Below, in pieces: positions 1 to 14,399 of a stretch of DNA of 64,000 nt (the stretch's first letter is position 1; every line of letters begins with the position of its first letter). Below the pieces are notes generated by a model. That model was not told where the DNA came from and ran no database searches. It saw only the letters and a list, made by a program, of their open reading frames with translations. The stretch lies in the NCBI RefSeq assembly GCF_009914755.1, contig NC_060930.1. One strand, 5' to 3'. The stretch is from the human T2T-CHM13v2.0 reference genome, Homo sapiens. The translations under genes and the position numbers were made by a program.

Positions 1-364
1 GTGAAAGCAGTTGGGAGAGAGGCTGTACCCTGCAAAGCCACAGGAGTGGAGCTGCCCAAGACCATGTGAACCCACCTCTTGCATCAGCATGACCTGTATG
101 TGAGACATGGAGTCAGTCAAAGGAGATTATTTTGGAGCTTTAAGATTTGACTGCCCCACTGGATTTTGGACTTGCATGGGGCCTGTCGCCCCATTGTTTT
201 GGCCCATTTCTCCCATTTGGAATGGGTGTATTTATCCAATGCCTGTATCCCATTTGAGGCCTCCCCAGCCCTGTGGAACTATGAGTCCATTAAACCTCTT
301 TTTCTTTATAAGTCACCCAGTCTTAGGTATGTCTTTATCAGCAGCATGAAAACAGACTAATACA
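1..364 (+). mobile_element. THE1 (MaLR) internal 3' region joined to the 3' end of a THE1 LTR, with an internal deletion; runs off the window start
   Basis: 1-254 resembles THE1-int (...gggcctgtcgccccattgttttggcccatttctcccatttggaatggg...); 255-364 is the LTR end tgaggcctccccagcc...gcagcatgaaaacagactaataca. Confidence 0.85.
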
Positions 365-642
365 CTGGGGCTCTAAAGTGCTATTGTAAAAGGAGTAGGA
401 AAAGAACTTTCCACAGACAACAACAGAAAAGTGAAAGAAACTCTGCATTCAACAAATGTTTATTGAACCTTTGCAAATAGCAGAGAAAAACAGAACAGAC
501 AACCTCAGAGTTTCTCTGAAACTTTAGGTTTATTGTTAAACATTATATGACTCCTGCAGTCCAATCTACCATACGTCCCCCATTTTTTTCCGTTGTTTTT
601 CTGCTTCAATGTCTTAGAGAAAAATGATTTACCAATACATTG

Positions 643-1166
643 TCAACTTAAGTGTCCACGAATGGATGGATAAAGAAAATGTGGTTTGTGTGTGTGTGCG
701 TGCATGTATTCCTTTTTATGGCCATTATATATATAAAATGGAATTTTATTAGGCCATAAAAACGAATAAAATAATGTTTTTTGCATCAACATGGATGAAA
801 CTGGAGATCATTCTCTTAAGTGAAATAAACCAGGCACAAAAGACAACTATCACATGCTTTCACTTATATGTGGGAGCTAAAAATTCTGATCACATGGAAG
901 TAGAGAGTGGAAAGATAGAGAACAGAGACTGGGAAGGGTGAATCAGGGGAGAGGAAGGACAAATAGAAGTTAATTAAAGAGTACAAATTTACAGATAAAT
1001 AAAAGTAAAAATTTCAATGTTTGATAGAGTAGGGTGACTGTAGTTAAACAAAAATGTATTGTACTCAAGTGAACACCCAAAATACCCTGACTAGATCACT
1101 CTAGATTATATACATGTAACAAAATTTCATGTGTATCCCATAAATTTGTACTAATAAAAAATTAAA
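643..1166 (+). mobile_element. L1MA-type LINE-1 3' end fragment
   Basis: ggataaagaaaatgtgg, catggatgaaactggagatcatt...aagtgaaataaaccaggcac, L1MA-like tail catgtaacaaaatttcatgtgtatcccataaatttgtac plus A-rich end. Confidence 0.8.
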
Positions 1167-3040
1167 GATTACATACCAAGTGACAATGAAAAAAAATCCC
1201 TCTTTCTTTCAAACAGTTAAAAAATGTTTTCCATGGAAGTACATAAGTATATCCTTATGATTTCTAGCAGTTCTAGATTACCAATTGTGTATCTGCATGG
1301 CCAAATTCTCAATCAACTCCAGAAACTATGAGAGATGAAACTTAATTTGAACTTTAAAAAATGGACATATTTGAGTACAAAAGATAGAGAAGGCATTCCA
1401 AATAAGGAAGAAAATCATTCGGAACCTGTGTATCAGATAGGAGAAAGCTAATCAAAAAGATGAAGAAGAATGAATTAAGGTAATATGATGATAAAAATAC
1501 CAGTTAACACATAAACATTAATAGCTGTGTCTTCTTTATAATTATCCAGGATTTCCCTTGATGCCAAGATTATACTTTTGTGCACATACCTATATTTTAT
1601 ATGTAAGCTTCTACTAAAATCGGTATTGAAAAGACATGTTTGTTCTTATATGGATTATACAAGAAATAGAATAGGTGCCGTCTCTACTTTGATGGGCGTA
1701 GCTCAGGTTTCAATGTTATTAAAGGTTAAATGATGATAAAAATATAAGAAATTTGAAATACAGCATTCTTCTCAAAAGCATGATTTTCAAACAAACAAGG
1801 TTTTCATGTTTGTTTATTTTGGAATATTTTCTTGATCTGTAGCATATTATTAAGTAAGACCCCTCTGATTATCAATCATTTTAGATTTGCTTAAGTAGAA
1901 TGGTGATTTTAGTATATTCTTTAAAATCCTAGTGTATATTTATTTTCCCTTAATCAAATTAGAGTACCGTTTATTTTCAGCCCCTTGAATCCCCCCGACA
2001 TCTTTTATTTGTATATTTTTTAGTTAGGATTTTATAAGTTTTTATATGCCATTTGCATTGTGTGGAATAGTCATAAAATTCGTTGTCAGAGCTAGCATGT
2101 AGGACATGAAGGAAACGAAAATAGGAGAGAGAAAGAAATTGCATCAAGAAAGCAGGAGAAGCTAAAGGAAAAGTAAGAACAAAAGGAGGAGTGGAAAAGA
2201 GATTTAAAAATGAGATAAGTCATGGCAGTGGGCTTCGGAATCAACTCTCTATCCCCACTGTGGTCAATGGGTCCTTCTAAGGGAGGAGTAGGATGGAATT
2301 CAGGGAATAAAATATATGTCTGACTATAATCTAATAATCTTTACCCTCTCCCTCAATCCCTGTGTGCACTTAGCTCCCTCTGTTGGACTGGTGTTGTTTA
2401 CACACAAGTGATTTGTTCTTTGAAGAGGCAGCCAAACAAAATTTCCTTCTGATATTTTACATTCAAAAGACAGAGGAAAACGATCTCTTCTTGGCGTTTT
2501 TACATTAGTATAAATGTTTTTAAGTGGTGATAACAACTAAGATGAATTGTTTGCACAACTCAAGACTTTTCCTCCAGGTCTTTGTTGTAGTAGAGAAATT
2601 TAAGTATTTTGTATCTTTTACCACACTGACTTTCTCACATCAAGTATTCAAAATTGCAACCACATTAAGGGAGAAGTTTGGAAATGTTCCTATTAGAAGG
2701 CAATCACAATAGTTTCCAGTAACCACTAGACTTCTTGTGATTATGATTTTAATATAGTAACAAAGCCCTCCTTCCCAAATGGGTGAAAGATACACATTCT
2801 TCTAATAGTTTAAGTCATGTTTGGAGATAAAAGATGAAGACTAGGAACTCCAGACCTCTGGAAGATTTTAGAGTAGCCATAATTAATGATATAGAATATG
2901 TTAGTCTATGAGTGCTTCATAATATGCAATATGTGAGGCTGGAGGTTGTATGCCTTGCTTATTATTTTATGGAGTCTCAATAAATTTTTCTTTAATTTAC
3001 TGATTTTAGATTAAAAAATTGACTTCTAATTTTTCCAATC

Positions 3041-3175
3041 ATCCATTCACTCATTCAGTTAACTTCTCAACAAACACTTAAGAAGAACTAATCATGTCAC
3101 AGGTTCTGTGCACAGTGCAGGGTATACAACCGTTAATTAAAGTAGACATTTTTCCATTCTTATGAGATTTACAGC
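3041..3175 (-). mobile_element. L2 3' end fragment
   Basis: cattcactcattca...caacaaacactta...cacaggttctgtgcacagtgcagggtatac pattern of an antisense L2 tail. Confidence 0.55.
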
Positions 3176-6100
3176 TTTTACTTACTTTGCTTCTCTCACA
3201 CAATACACTTAATTTTCTAGGCTGGAGCATGGGTTAGAGACATTCTGGGGATTAGAACTAACCTAGTCATAAGATTTCTAGGTTCTTCCTAAATTTTAAT
3301 GCACATTGGAGTTTCATGTATTTTTTAGAATATAATAAATTGATTGATGATCCCTACAATTTCTCTCAAGATTCCAGTGTTTATCTTGTTGAGAATGACA
3401 GTGACCTAATATGTATTGACTTTTTGATGACCCTTACAACAATACTACCTTGTTTCAAATTTATATCCCTGGGAATTTCCAAGAACCATGGTGTGTGTCT
3501 ATATGTATGTGTGTCTATGTGTAGGAAGAAGACAGGTGGTAAGGAGATAAGAGAGATGGGCAGAGATGATTAGGAACAATGCATATAACTTTATATAAAA
3601 TTTTGATCCTACTATTCTCCTTACTTATTCTGCAACATACTATAGGATATTAAAAATGGAAGATCTGTGTGACACTCAATACCTTTATGTAACTCAGGTG
3701 TCATATGACTAAAAAAAGGACTTCTCAAACTACATTTAGTAAATGGGATTTATTGTAAAATAAAACCAGGAAACATCATGCAATTCAAATGGAAGAAAAT
3801 GGAGCTAGGTCTATACAGTTTCTGTAATGAGGGATTGTTATGTTGTTCAAGAACTGAGGACACTCATATCTTGATCACTCTTCCTCTGAGGTCACATGAG
3901 TCTTGATTTTTATGGGTCTATAACCTTCTATGCCTGGCACCCACTAGTAACTTAATGTAATTTCTGTGTACTACATCCATAAAGTAGTGGAAAGAATATG
4001 GTTATGTCAGCTTATGTCATGTACACTCCACAGATTAATTCAGATAACTGGGCATTGAGATGACCAGAGGTATTTCAATAACCATTTAGTGAAGGTTTAT
4101 ATCAGATTCTCCAACAAAGGGTTTGTAAAGGACATCAGTGCCAAATTTAAATATTTATCTTTCAACATGCAAACAACTCTTTTAAAACAAGAGACAATAC
4201 AGACTAATTCACCACTGAAAGATAAATTGAAAATCAGGACTTTCTTACAAAGATATTCATTGTAAATTCATTTGAGTCGATGCCAGAAAAGATTCTAATT
4301 TAGTGGAATTAACCTGCTTGTTTGTTTACTTTTCCACAGTGCTCTGAGGTTTCTAAAATATGGGAGTTGTTGACAATAGTGTTCTTACATGTAATATAGA
4401 TGGCCCATCCAATTTCTTATTAATTAAATTCTGCTATCATTTCCATTCCTAGCTAAATGAAATTATAACAATAGAAGGTTATGTTATGACAAGGTAGCGT
4501 AAAAGTTTAGAAATATATTTTGAGTACTCTTGACACCATTTTGATGTACAAAAGGAATTGCTAAAAGATTTGGACCACTTTATAATCTATATTAGGTTTC
4601 AGAACTTGCATGCAGACAAATACTCATTCAGTTTCAGAGAGAGAATTTAGAGCCAACAATAACTTTGAAATTTATTAAAAGTAGGTCACCTTCTTAATGG
4701 TGAAATGTTTGTGCTAAAAGGAGGAATAGTTCTCTTGACTAAATTTGTTAGGACTCAAAAGAGTGCAAAAAGGGTCATTGAAAAGGATAATTTATGGCAC
4801 TCAAAATATTTGTGAATCCAAATATTGTCATTTTTTTTCTAAACAAGCAAGGATACTGATCAGTTAACAGCATTCATATAAATGAACTGTTAAGGTTGAA
4901 ATGAACAGGAGCTATCTTGTGTTATTTACAATCAAGTTCTGTCTTAGAGACAATGGTAAATTATTAATAATGCTCATTAATCAATGAGCATATTAAAATA
5001 ATTACATTCTCTGCATTTTTATTTACTGAATATTTCTAAATTTATTTTAAATTTATTACTCAACTTAATCTCTAACATTCCTCATTGACTATTTAGTCAA
5101 TTGTGCTAATGTTCCACTTTCCAAAACAACATGCAAATGGAAGAAAGAATGAACTAATAGTCATTGTGCACTTGTTAAAATAAACCAGGCAATTTGCATA
5201 AGTAAGCATATTTAATACCTACAACACTACAGTACAGATATTATATTATTTACGGAAGAAAAAAATTGAACATCAGAGGAATTCAAGAAATTGTCCAGAA
5301 TCAGGTAAGATAGCCAAAAATATCAGAACTGGTTGCTGATCAGTCTGTATATCTATAAAGTACATGCTTTAAAAAAAACACACTTCCTATATGCTATGCC
5401 AATTATTTCCTATTTCTTGTAATATCAAGTTAAATCTGCTCAGCCTAGCATTATGATGATCCATTATCTGGTGTCTCTTTACTTAATCAATCTTCTTTTC
5501 ACTGCTGTCCAACACAAAGCCTGTTTTTCAGTCATCAATCTACTTCCACCTCCAGACCTTATTTTATCCACTCTGGAGTCAGAAGGCCCAACCCTCTTTC
5601 ATATAAATCCAAACCTAAATTCTCCATGACAACCTCTCTCTTAGTTATAAATAAAATTCCCTGCCCTTTTTGTTTTTTCCTTATTTTCTGACTGCTGTTT
5701 TCTATGCCCTCTTTTACTGTGGTCTAACAATCACTTCTTCAGGCTGATCTGCCTGCTCTCCTTTCTTCTATGACGTCTTCTATAGCATTGATAGGGTGCT
5801 TCTATCTCTCACCAACTGCTTTGAAATGAGCTCCTTCTCTTCTAGATCTCGTATATACTACATAATTAGTTACCATATGGCCACAATATACATGCAATGC
5901 AGGGTGCAGAAGAGTAAGTAGAACTGACTTAGTACCTACTCTTATGAATATTTTAATTCTTTGAGGAAATGAAATATGCAGGTTGTTTATATATATGAAA
6001 TAGAGAAAACATCCCTCATGAAGGCAGACTTTTATCTAAATGTGAAAATATAAGGAGAACTTTTTTGTTTTCCTTGTTAAACAAACATACACACACACAC

Positions 6101-8448
6101 ACATTATGGTACTTTATATGATAATGGATTATAGAAAGGAAAGAGGAAGGAGATGAAAAATCTTATACCTAGCAGAGTACATATTTTTCAAAAAGTTTCT
6201 TTCTTTTCACCAGTTCTGGTGGTGTTATATATTATCTTGCTATATGTGTCTGACATTAACTTAAGGTTCTGAAAAATGAGTATTTAATTAAACTACATCT
6301 AGTTTAGGGAAAATCTTGCCTGGTAACTTGAGGAAATTAAAGATTTTTAACCCTCATGTTCATAATAGGGATCCTACAAAAAGTCAGGGCCTGGGATCTC
6401 ATGATTTCAATGACAAATTTAGGAATCATCAAATACTCTGTGGTTTCAGACACCATTCTTTTTCCCCAGTGAGTTACTACTTACATGGGGCAGTGTTAAC
6501 TCATGTTTTCCTATATTTAGCTGCATTCCAAAGAATTTCATAAGCATTTCCCTGAGCTCACTTTCCCATCCTCAGAGTGATGGCATGAAGCAAGAGGGGA
6601 TTTTTGATGAATATACTAATATTTTGCATCTTGGAATGTAGATTGGGGTATTTTCATAGAGGGGTTAAAAAAAGGATTAAGAATGGTGGGAATGAAAGTG
6701 ATTTCTTCTGGGAATCCTCACTATTGCTGATCGTGTTCTCGCAGTGAATTAGTGATCTGTGTGCTGGGAGACACAGAAGTTTCTGTACTTGCATGCTTCT
6801 CTCTGTCCACCTTTTACTTTATCTGAACCTATATGCATCGATATCATATCATATTTTACCTTCCCATTCACAAAGGGCTGCTTTTCCTATCTGCCTGCAA
6901 CAATTGGACTATGAATGAGATAAAAGTCACTAAAAGAAAGAAGGGGAAAGGAGCCAATTATTATTTTTTATAATCAATATCTTTTTCCTCACAATTGGGT
7001 CCGATGATATTAATTAGCTACTTGACCCAAAGATTCTTAAACTCAGGGTTCAACAACCTTGAAAAAAGAGCTAGTTTTCCTTGCTTCTGGTCTCCAGTAT
7101 TCTGAGGATGTGCATGAACATGTGTCATCTTCAGGAGCAATGTGTGGGGTAGAGTCAGTGGAGCTCACAAGCCTCAGACAAATGAAGGTGTTTACCTACT
7201 AAAAACTTAACCACAGCATCTCTGTCTTCCATGAGGAGCCATTTTCCTAGTTATACACATCTAGTCTTTCTTTTCTTAGGTTTTAACTACTGTAGATCTG
7301 GGTGTAAGTCAAAACTGACCCCTACTTCTACACATGAAATGATGTCATCTAAATCAGGCCCAAAACAGAACTAATCAACTCCAATTGGAATTTGGTTCTA
7401 AATCCAATCTTTTACATTCTGCCATTGATATGCTTTTATATTCCTATATCATCTAGATGTAGGAGATTTGTGTGTATTCTGTCATTTATCTTTTCCAGTA
7501 GAATGTTTTATAGAACCCAAGGCACTTCTTCAGGTATTTGTCTGATTTCTATTTTTCCCAAATAATCATCTTTTAACAGAATTTAAAAGTCTGTGGAGTG
7601 AGGCTGTATCTTATACTTCTTTAAACTGCACTTCCCTAAATTAATACACTTTAAATTTAGTTTTGTTTGTTTAGTTTAGTTTTTACATCAGAGGAAGTCC
7701 ATGCATTTTTATTGAATGAATGGAAAATTAATTGATGAACTAATTCTGAGTTGGAATGTTCAAGTAATAAACAACATAAGATGCATTTTTTGCCTTTTTT
7801 TGCCAAAAAAAAGCTCTGGTTATAATCTGATAACAATAAATTTCCTCTTATATGACTCATATTTCATGGGTAACTAATGAACCTAGGCACATAATAAGCA
7901 TTTTGGACAACACAAGATTATATTAGATTCAGTCCTTGTCTTCCATGAGCTTTCAATCTAGTTGTGAGTTCCTGGAAAATACTTAATTTTGACACTAGAG
8001 AAATCTCATGCTAGAAATTTCTGCCAGTACCAATTAAAGATATTTTCTCTCAAGTTTCCTGAAGCCAAAGTATACAAGGTTTGCAAATTACGTGACTACA
8101 GCAATGAGATTGAGAGTAAACATTGCAAAGAAATCTCAAAATTACCAACCAAAGCATTTTTAAAAATCAAACATCTCTCCCTAGTGGCCCGAGGAGATAT
8201 ATCAGAAGTCAAAGGATAGAAAGCAGCATTCTTTACCTGACTCCATATATTTACTTGTCAGAACTGCTTAACCTTAGCTTTCCTGACAGCAAATGTGCTT
8301 GGACTGAAAAGGGAGAAATTATGTCAAAGCACTTCCCAAAGGCCAGGAAGTATTTGCTTTCCGAATGCAGGCGTCTTTGTATATCTGTGGCTAAAAGTGA
8401 TGCTGAAGATATGCAGATTTGTAATTTCTAATTTTACAAAATACGACT

Positions 8449-8890
8449 TTGTTTTCGGTGCTAACAAGCAAGAAATTACTGACAGCATCAGATGCCTGGA
8501 ACTTACTGGATCAATGAGATGGGACTTCCGGCTTTTCTGTTAGGCAAAGACCTGCTAAAGTTGAGCCATGGAAGCCCACCAAATCCATGAAACATTAACA
8601 TTGCCACTACAGCTTCATCTCTGCTATAGAAAACATGTAAAGTATTTTTCATACAGTTCCTAAACTTGTGGTAAGGAATTAAGCCCAAAATGTCTTAGGA
8701 AGTCTTGGATTTTGATTTGCTGAGCATTAGGAATACACTTTCTTGTCTTCCTTCCATAGGTTTGTATTATGATTCTATTTTAAAAATTCATAGCTTTGTC
8801 TCTACTCACGTGTTCCCAGAAATGGTTAGATGTGTATAATATGTTCACAGTTCTTTCTTTAATCTGGGGGCTGCAGCGAACTAAAGGCAG
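8449..8890 (+). repeat. 442-bp local direct duplication, copy 1
   Basis: Manual alignment to 10103-10543: about 24 differences including one 1-bp indel (~95% identity). Confidence 0.97.
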
Positions 8891-10102
8891 AAGAAAGTAG
8901 GGTGAACACTGAACCAAGCAATAACTGGCCATCTGAATAATCCTTGCTGCTGGGGCCTAGTAAAGATAAATACTCATCTATCCAGCGCCTTCATTTCTGT
9001 AATGTCTCCCTGTCCAATTTAATAAATGCTTTCTTGCTGGTTTCTTGGCATCTCTTTGAATAAGGAATGTAAACTGAAAAGGCCTAGGAGACTAAAACTG
9101 GCACAAAACTCTATGATGAATAGTATCAGGAGACACAGAGGCTAGCTCAGTAGTCCCATATGCAGTGCCACAGTCTTTACCAGAGGGCAAATGGATTTGC
9201 TGCCTGGGACAAGGCAGTTGCATAATTTCCAGATTCATGAAAAAATAAGGGAAAAAATAAGAATAAAACCAGGTCCAATTTTATGCAAATAGAAGTATGA
9301 AGTCAGATATTTATAGAAATTATATTAAAGACAACAATTTAAAATCTTAATAAACAGAACCATCAGTATATATTTAATCCTTAGATATTGTAAAAGGAAA
9401 ACATAATGTGGGTTTCTCTAAGAACACTTTGAAATTTCGGAAGAAACTGCCAGCAAAATTAGACTGAAACTATTATTTAGTTATCTCTATATTTATACTA
9501 TGTCATAAACTATTACTGTTTAAATATCTTAAAAAGCCCTGGAAAATCATGTTAATTTTTCCAAGTTGAATATTACTAAAATAAGAAAACTTTCACTTGG
9601 TGCTATGGAGTCTGACTAGACTTCAGTTCAAATTTTATTCCCCAAAGAAGCCTTAAATTATATTTTTTAAGTTTCTATTTTTCTTTTCACATGTTGAAGA
9701 ATTTTCCCAGGCTATTATGTTCAAGTCTTTGATTGTAATATGGAAGCCATGCTCCCAGATAATTGAAGTAAATATTAATTCAGATCCACCCAGTAGGTGT
9801 GTAGTTTTGGTGACTCACTATCTTTTAGGCCTCTAAAAAGGCAATCATAAAGTGTGTTGTGACAGATAAAAGTGAGCAATCAGAGGCAGCACTCATATTG
9901 GAATAGTTTACCATTAAGGCTCACTGGAAAACAGTAGTGTTGAATTTTGGGGCAGTATTCATAGACTAGGGTATGTTATTTACATTTGGGGGATTAAACT
10001 AAGGACATTCACTAGTAGTTGTTCAGTTTTTCTCCTTGCAAACTTTTGGTCTGAACAGAGGCAGCTCATCACACCTAGTTGTAAGAAAGGCCCAGTAAAA
10101 AA

Positions 10103-10543
10103 TTGTTTCCAGTGCTAACAAGCAAGAAATTACTGACAGTATCAGATGCCTGGAACTTATTGGATCAATGAGATGGGACTTCGGGCTTTTCTGTTAGGCA
10201 AAGATCTGTTAAAGTTGAGCCATGGAAGCCCACCAAATTCATGAAACATTAACATTGCCACTACAGCTTCATCTCTGCTATAGAAAACATGTGAAGTATT
10301 TTTCATACAGTTCCTAACTTGTGGTAAGGAATTAAGCCCAAAATATCTTAGGAAGTCTTGCATTTTGATTTGCTAAGCATTAGGAATGCACTTTCTTGTC
10401 TTCCTTCCATAGATTTGCATCATGATTTTATTTTAAAAATTCATAGCTTTGTCTCTACTCACACGTTCCCAGAAATGGTTAGATGTATACAATATGTTCA
10501 CAGTCCTTTCTTTAATCTGGGGACTGCAGCGAACTAAAGGCAG
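10103..10543 (+). repeat. 442-bp local direct duplication, copy 2
   Basis: Same sequence as 8449-8890 at an offset of ~1654 bp; the intervening sequence is not duplicated. Confidence 0.97.
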
Positions 10544-11666
10544 TTAAAAAAAAATTGAGAATATAAGCTATAAAGCCAAGATGGCTGTTGCATCGGGATA
10601 CAAACAACAGTATGTGCCACAATGAGAAAAGGCTAGAACTAACTACAATTTAATGGAGAACATGCTTATGTATAATGCTTATTATTATTCTTGAAAAATA
10701 AACTTCTCTAAATGTTGCTGTTATATTGAAATTATGTCAACCTTTTATTCCCTAGGAGAAAGGTATTCTCAGTTAAAATTTCCTGAGTTTTTATGCATTT
10801 TTAACAATCCTGCATAATGTATTAACATCTTATCTCAGACATTACAATGAATAGTTCTCTATGTAATAAAATTTTAGCTAGCAAACTCATTTGCCTGCTC
10901 AAAATATTTGCCCTTATAGCTAATGATAATATTTTATTAAGTTTCAATTGGACTCTAAATGTAGTCTATTGTTATTTTGCTTATTGTTTGTAAAAAGAGT
11001 TATACACACTATGTGAGGATTATGTATTAGTGCATGAACATTTAGAGGGGACTCCAACTTTGGTGGAGGCAAGAACACATGAACAATCATGAAAAGATTC
11101 TTTTGGCCAAACTGGGTGTGATAATTTCTTAAACATGTTGCTTCCTGGAGGCAAGGAAACTAAAATTGGACTGTGGCTTATATTTATTAATTTTAATCCT
11201 AAATATAATTAAGTTGCCAATAAGAAGGCATTTGATATAAATGCTCATTTATGTATACCATATGAGCTGTATCAGAAATATATTGGTGAATAAAAATTAT
11301 GACTCCAGCCTTCAAAAATCTTGTAAGCTAGTTTCGTTTTTTTCTATAAAATAGACATCAAAAAATCCATAGTTATTCTGACTACATATTTACATTTTAA
11401 TAGTCATTGTTGTGAACAACACCAACAAGGAAAGCTAAGAGAAGTGCACCCTTTTACAGTGTTTCAGAAAAAAGAAGTTTTGGATCCAGTACAACATAAT
11501 GCATATATAGAGTGGGCATCAACTTCATTAGGGATGTGGTTGGCTGTAGAATGAGCACAAAATAGGAACAATGTCCAGAGCACACCTAGTACCTGGTAGG
11601 AGACAGGTACTGATCTGGTTGATTTCATGTAATTCTTTCCCACAGAATCGCTTTGCTTTAGTGTAA

Positions 11667-12212
11667 TGTATTACTTGCATATTGGTGTGAAACAAATCAC
11701 CCCAAAACAGTAGCTTGAAAAAACAAACATCTATTATCTCACAATTCCAGTGATTCAAGAATCAGGATATATCTAAACTGGGTATCTCTAGCTCAGGCTC
11801 TCTCACAGTGGCAATTAAAGTGTTGGCTGGGACTATAGTCATTTCGAGGCTCCTATGAGAGACAATCTGCTTTCAGGCTCACTCATATGGCTGCTGACCA
11901 GCCTCCAGTCCTTCTGGCTCTTGACTGAGACATCAGCTCCTTGCCGTGTGGGCCTTTGCGTAGTACAGCTTCCAATATGGCAAGTGGCTTTCCTCAGAGT
12001 GAGTGGGTAAAAGAGAAAGAGAGGGAGTACCACACATGGGAGACAGCTTCTCTTTGTTCCCTTATTTTGGAAGTGACATTACATCCTTTTACCATTTTCC
12101 ATTCATTTGAAGGGCATTAAACCAACACACAAGGTATTACACAAGGGCCCAAAGGGACAAATACCAGTAGATAAAGAATCTTTGAGGATCACCTGAGAGA
12201 CTGCCTACCATA
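11667..12212 (-). mobile_element. MLT1 (F/G-like) MaLR LTR
   Basis: tgtattacttg...aacaaatcaccccaaaac...ttatctcacaattcc...ggctcactcatatggctg...ctgcctacca. Confidence 0.75.
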
Positions 12213-12819
12213 CTTTGTGGGGCAATCTGACATGGATAAATACACATGGACTCTTTAATGGTCCCTCAGACGTAAGTTGGGACCTGAGCCCTGAAACTTT
12301 CTACCTATCTGAACATGGACATGTCTCTCTATTCTCTGTTGTAAAGGTAAATAAATGAATGCTAGTACACTCTACTGTCCCTCAGTTCACATATATAGAA
12401 TGGGCACAATAACTTGTAACTCTAAGGGCTGCAGTTAAGATTCAATAGTGCAATTGTGCTTAACAAGTAGGAGGCAGCAAATATTCCACTGTCCCTAATA
12501 AAAGTAACAAATTTGTTTGTAAATTTATGAAAAAGAACTGTCCATGGTGACCTGTCCTATGAACTTCCTAGGTTCAGCATTAGTGCCCTCTTGCAGAATA
12601 ACCAACATATTTAACATATTTATGTCTTCACAACTCAGTAAAAGTGGTGGTTATTTTGGACTACCTTCTGTCAGAAGTAGAATATTATGACCCAACTGAA
12701 AGGAGATATTTATTCTAAGTTTTTTTTAAGTTTTTTTTTTCTCTCTCTCTTCTTGGTACTTGAGTTCAGCCAAGATACAGCAATTTCTCATTATTCCCAG
12801 TTAATAGTTAGAACTAGAA

Positions 12820-13020
12820 ATGATCTACTTTGTACTTGGCACTGACAATTCAACTACAGTGTTTTGATAATTTCTAGGTGTTATGTTTTAGAAGGGGGCA
12901 TGGACAATTGTGAACATGTTCAGAAAGAATAATCAGATTGATGAGTGGATTCTAAAACCTGCAACATGTCATCTGAAAAGATAAACTCCCAGAAAGAGAA
13001 TGTTTAACTCAGAGGTAGAG
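12820..13020 (+). mobile_element. L3/CR1 LINE fragment
   Basis: tgtacttggcactg...ggggcatggacaattgtgaacatgttcagaaag resembles the CR1 ORF2 C-terminal region. Confidence 0.5.
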
Positions 13021-13067
13021 TGGAGAGAGAAGGCTTCAAATCTTAGTTCTACCTCCCACTAGGTGAC

Positions 13068-13426
13068 TGATAGGGTTTGGCTCTGTGTCCTCACCCAAAT
13101 CTCACCTTGAATTGTAATAATCTCCATATGTAAAAGACAGGACCAGGTGGAGGTAATTGAATCATGGAGGTGGTTTCCTTCATGCTGTTCTTGTGATGGT
13201 GAGTGAGTTCTCACAAGATCTGCTAGTTTTATAAGTATCTGGCATTTCCCCTGCTTGCACTCATTTTCTCTCCTGCTGCCTTGTGAAGATGTGCCTTCCA
13301 CTATGATTGTAAGTTTCCTGAGGCCTCCCCAGCCATGTGGAACTGTGAATTATTTATACCTCTTTCCTTTATAAATTACACAGTGTTGGGCAGTTCTTTG
13401 TAGCAGTGTGAGAATGGACTAAAAGA
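13068..13426 (+). mobile_element. THE1C/D-type solo LTR with 5-bp TSD GTGAC, interrupting a MIR-like fragment
   Basis: Begins tgatagggtttggctctgtgtcctcacccaaatctc, ends gagaatggactaaaaga; GTGAC at 13063-13067 and 13427-13431. Confidence 0.92.
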
Positions 13427-14399
13427 GTGACCTTAAAAAATGTTCATTTTATCTCTGGGATTTAGTTATGAATCTGTAAACTTACAATAATTATTGTATA
13501 TTATAGATATTTGAACAAGTTACTTTGCATATGGTATCAATAATCCTAAGGATGGTTATTTTTATTTTTACACATTAGGTGGCAATAACTTTCAAACCCT
13601 GTGCTGAAGAGTTTCTCTTCAATATTTTTGTTGGCACCTAAACAAGCTGGCACAGAGTATCTTTTCTAAGTGAAGTTACTGCCTATGTTAGTGATCAAAG
13701 TTGTCAGGATCTCACTTTTATTTGGATCATAATGCATTTAAAGTTGAATTTGAAAATGAGTACCCAGAGTGGGCTTTTAAAGTCCCAAGGCAATGAAATA
13801 TGATTTGTAGAATTCATCTTTTTTTTCTTCACAATCTGTGTTAGTGAACTTAAAGACCAGAGGAAAAATAAATATCACAGTAGAAATGCTGAAACAAAAT
13901 CAGATATTGTTTTTTTCATAGCCAATATTAGAAAACTATGAGAAAGATTTTTTTTGGTAGAATCTTGAAAAGGCTACCTAATCTCTTTGAATAACAGAAT
14001 TTTTTTCCTATGAAATAAATTGCAGTAGATAGTTCCTTTTGTGTCACATATCGAGAGCTCCATAAATAGACTCAAAATTGCTGCATGAGTTGGAAATGAT
14101 AAATTTATAGGCTTCTTTAGATTTTACTTCCTGCATTCACATAATTTAGGTGAAATTAAATGTCACCTTTTTGACTTACTAAATGTAGTATTCACCTAGT
14201 ATTCCTGAGGTTCTACAGGGTTTATTCCATCAGGACTTGAGTGGAAGACATTGTAAATATCAGTTTGCAAATACAGAACTTTGGCTATAAATATGATTAC
14301 AAAGTCTATTATATATATTTTTAATTATACAACATTTGCTGTCTTAATGGATATTTTTAATATTCTTTACAAATAAACAGTGAGGTAGAGCTACATGAA

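Noticed and set aside
4864-4996. Two small hairpins (ttaacag...ctgttaa; atgctcatt/aatgagcat)
   Set aside because: Short stems in very AT-rich DNA, expected by chance
8503-10363. Two near-identical minus-strand ORFs (8503-8688, 10157-10363) suggesting a paralogous peptide pair
   Set aside because: A by-product of the 442-bp duplication; a 1-bp indel changes their N-termini and there is no recognisable homology
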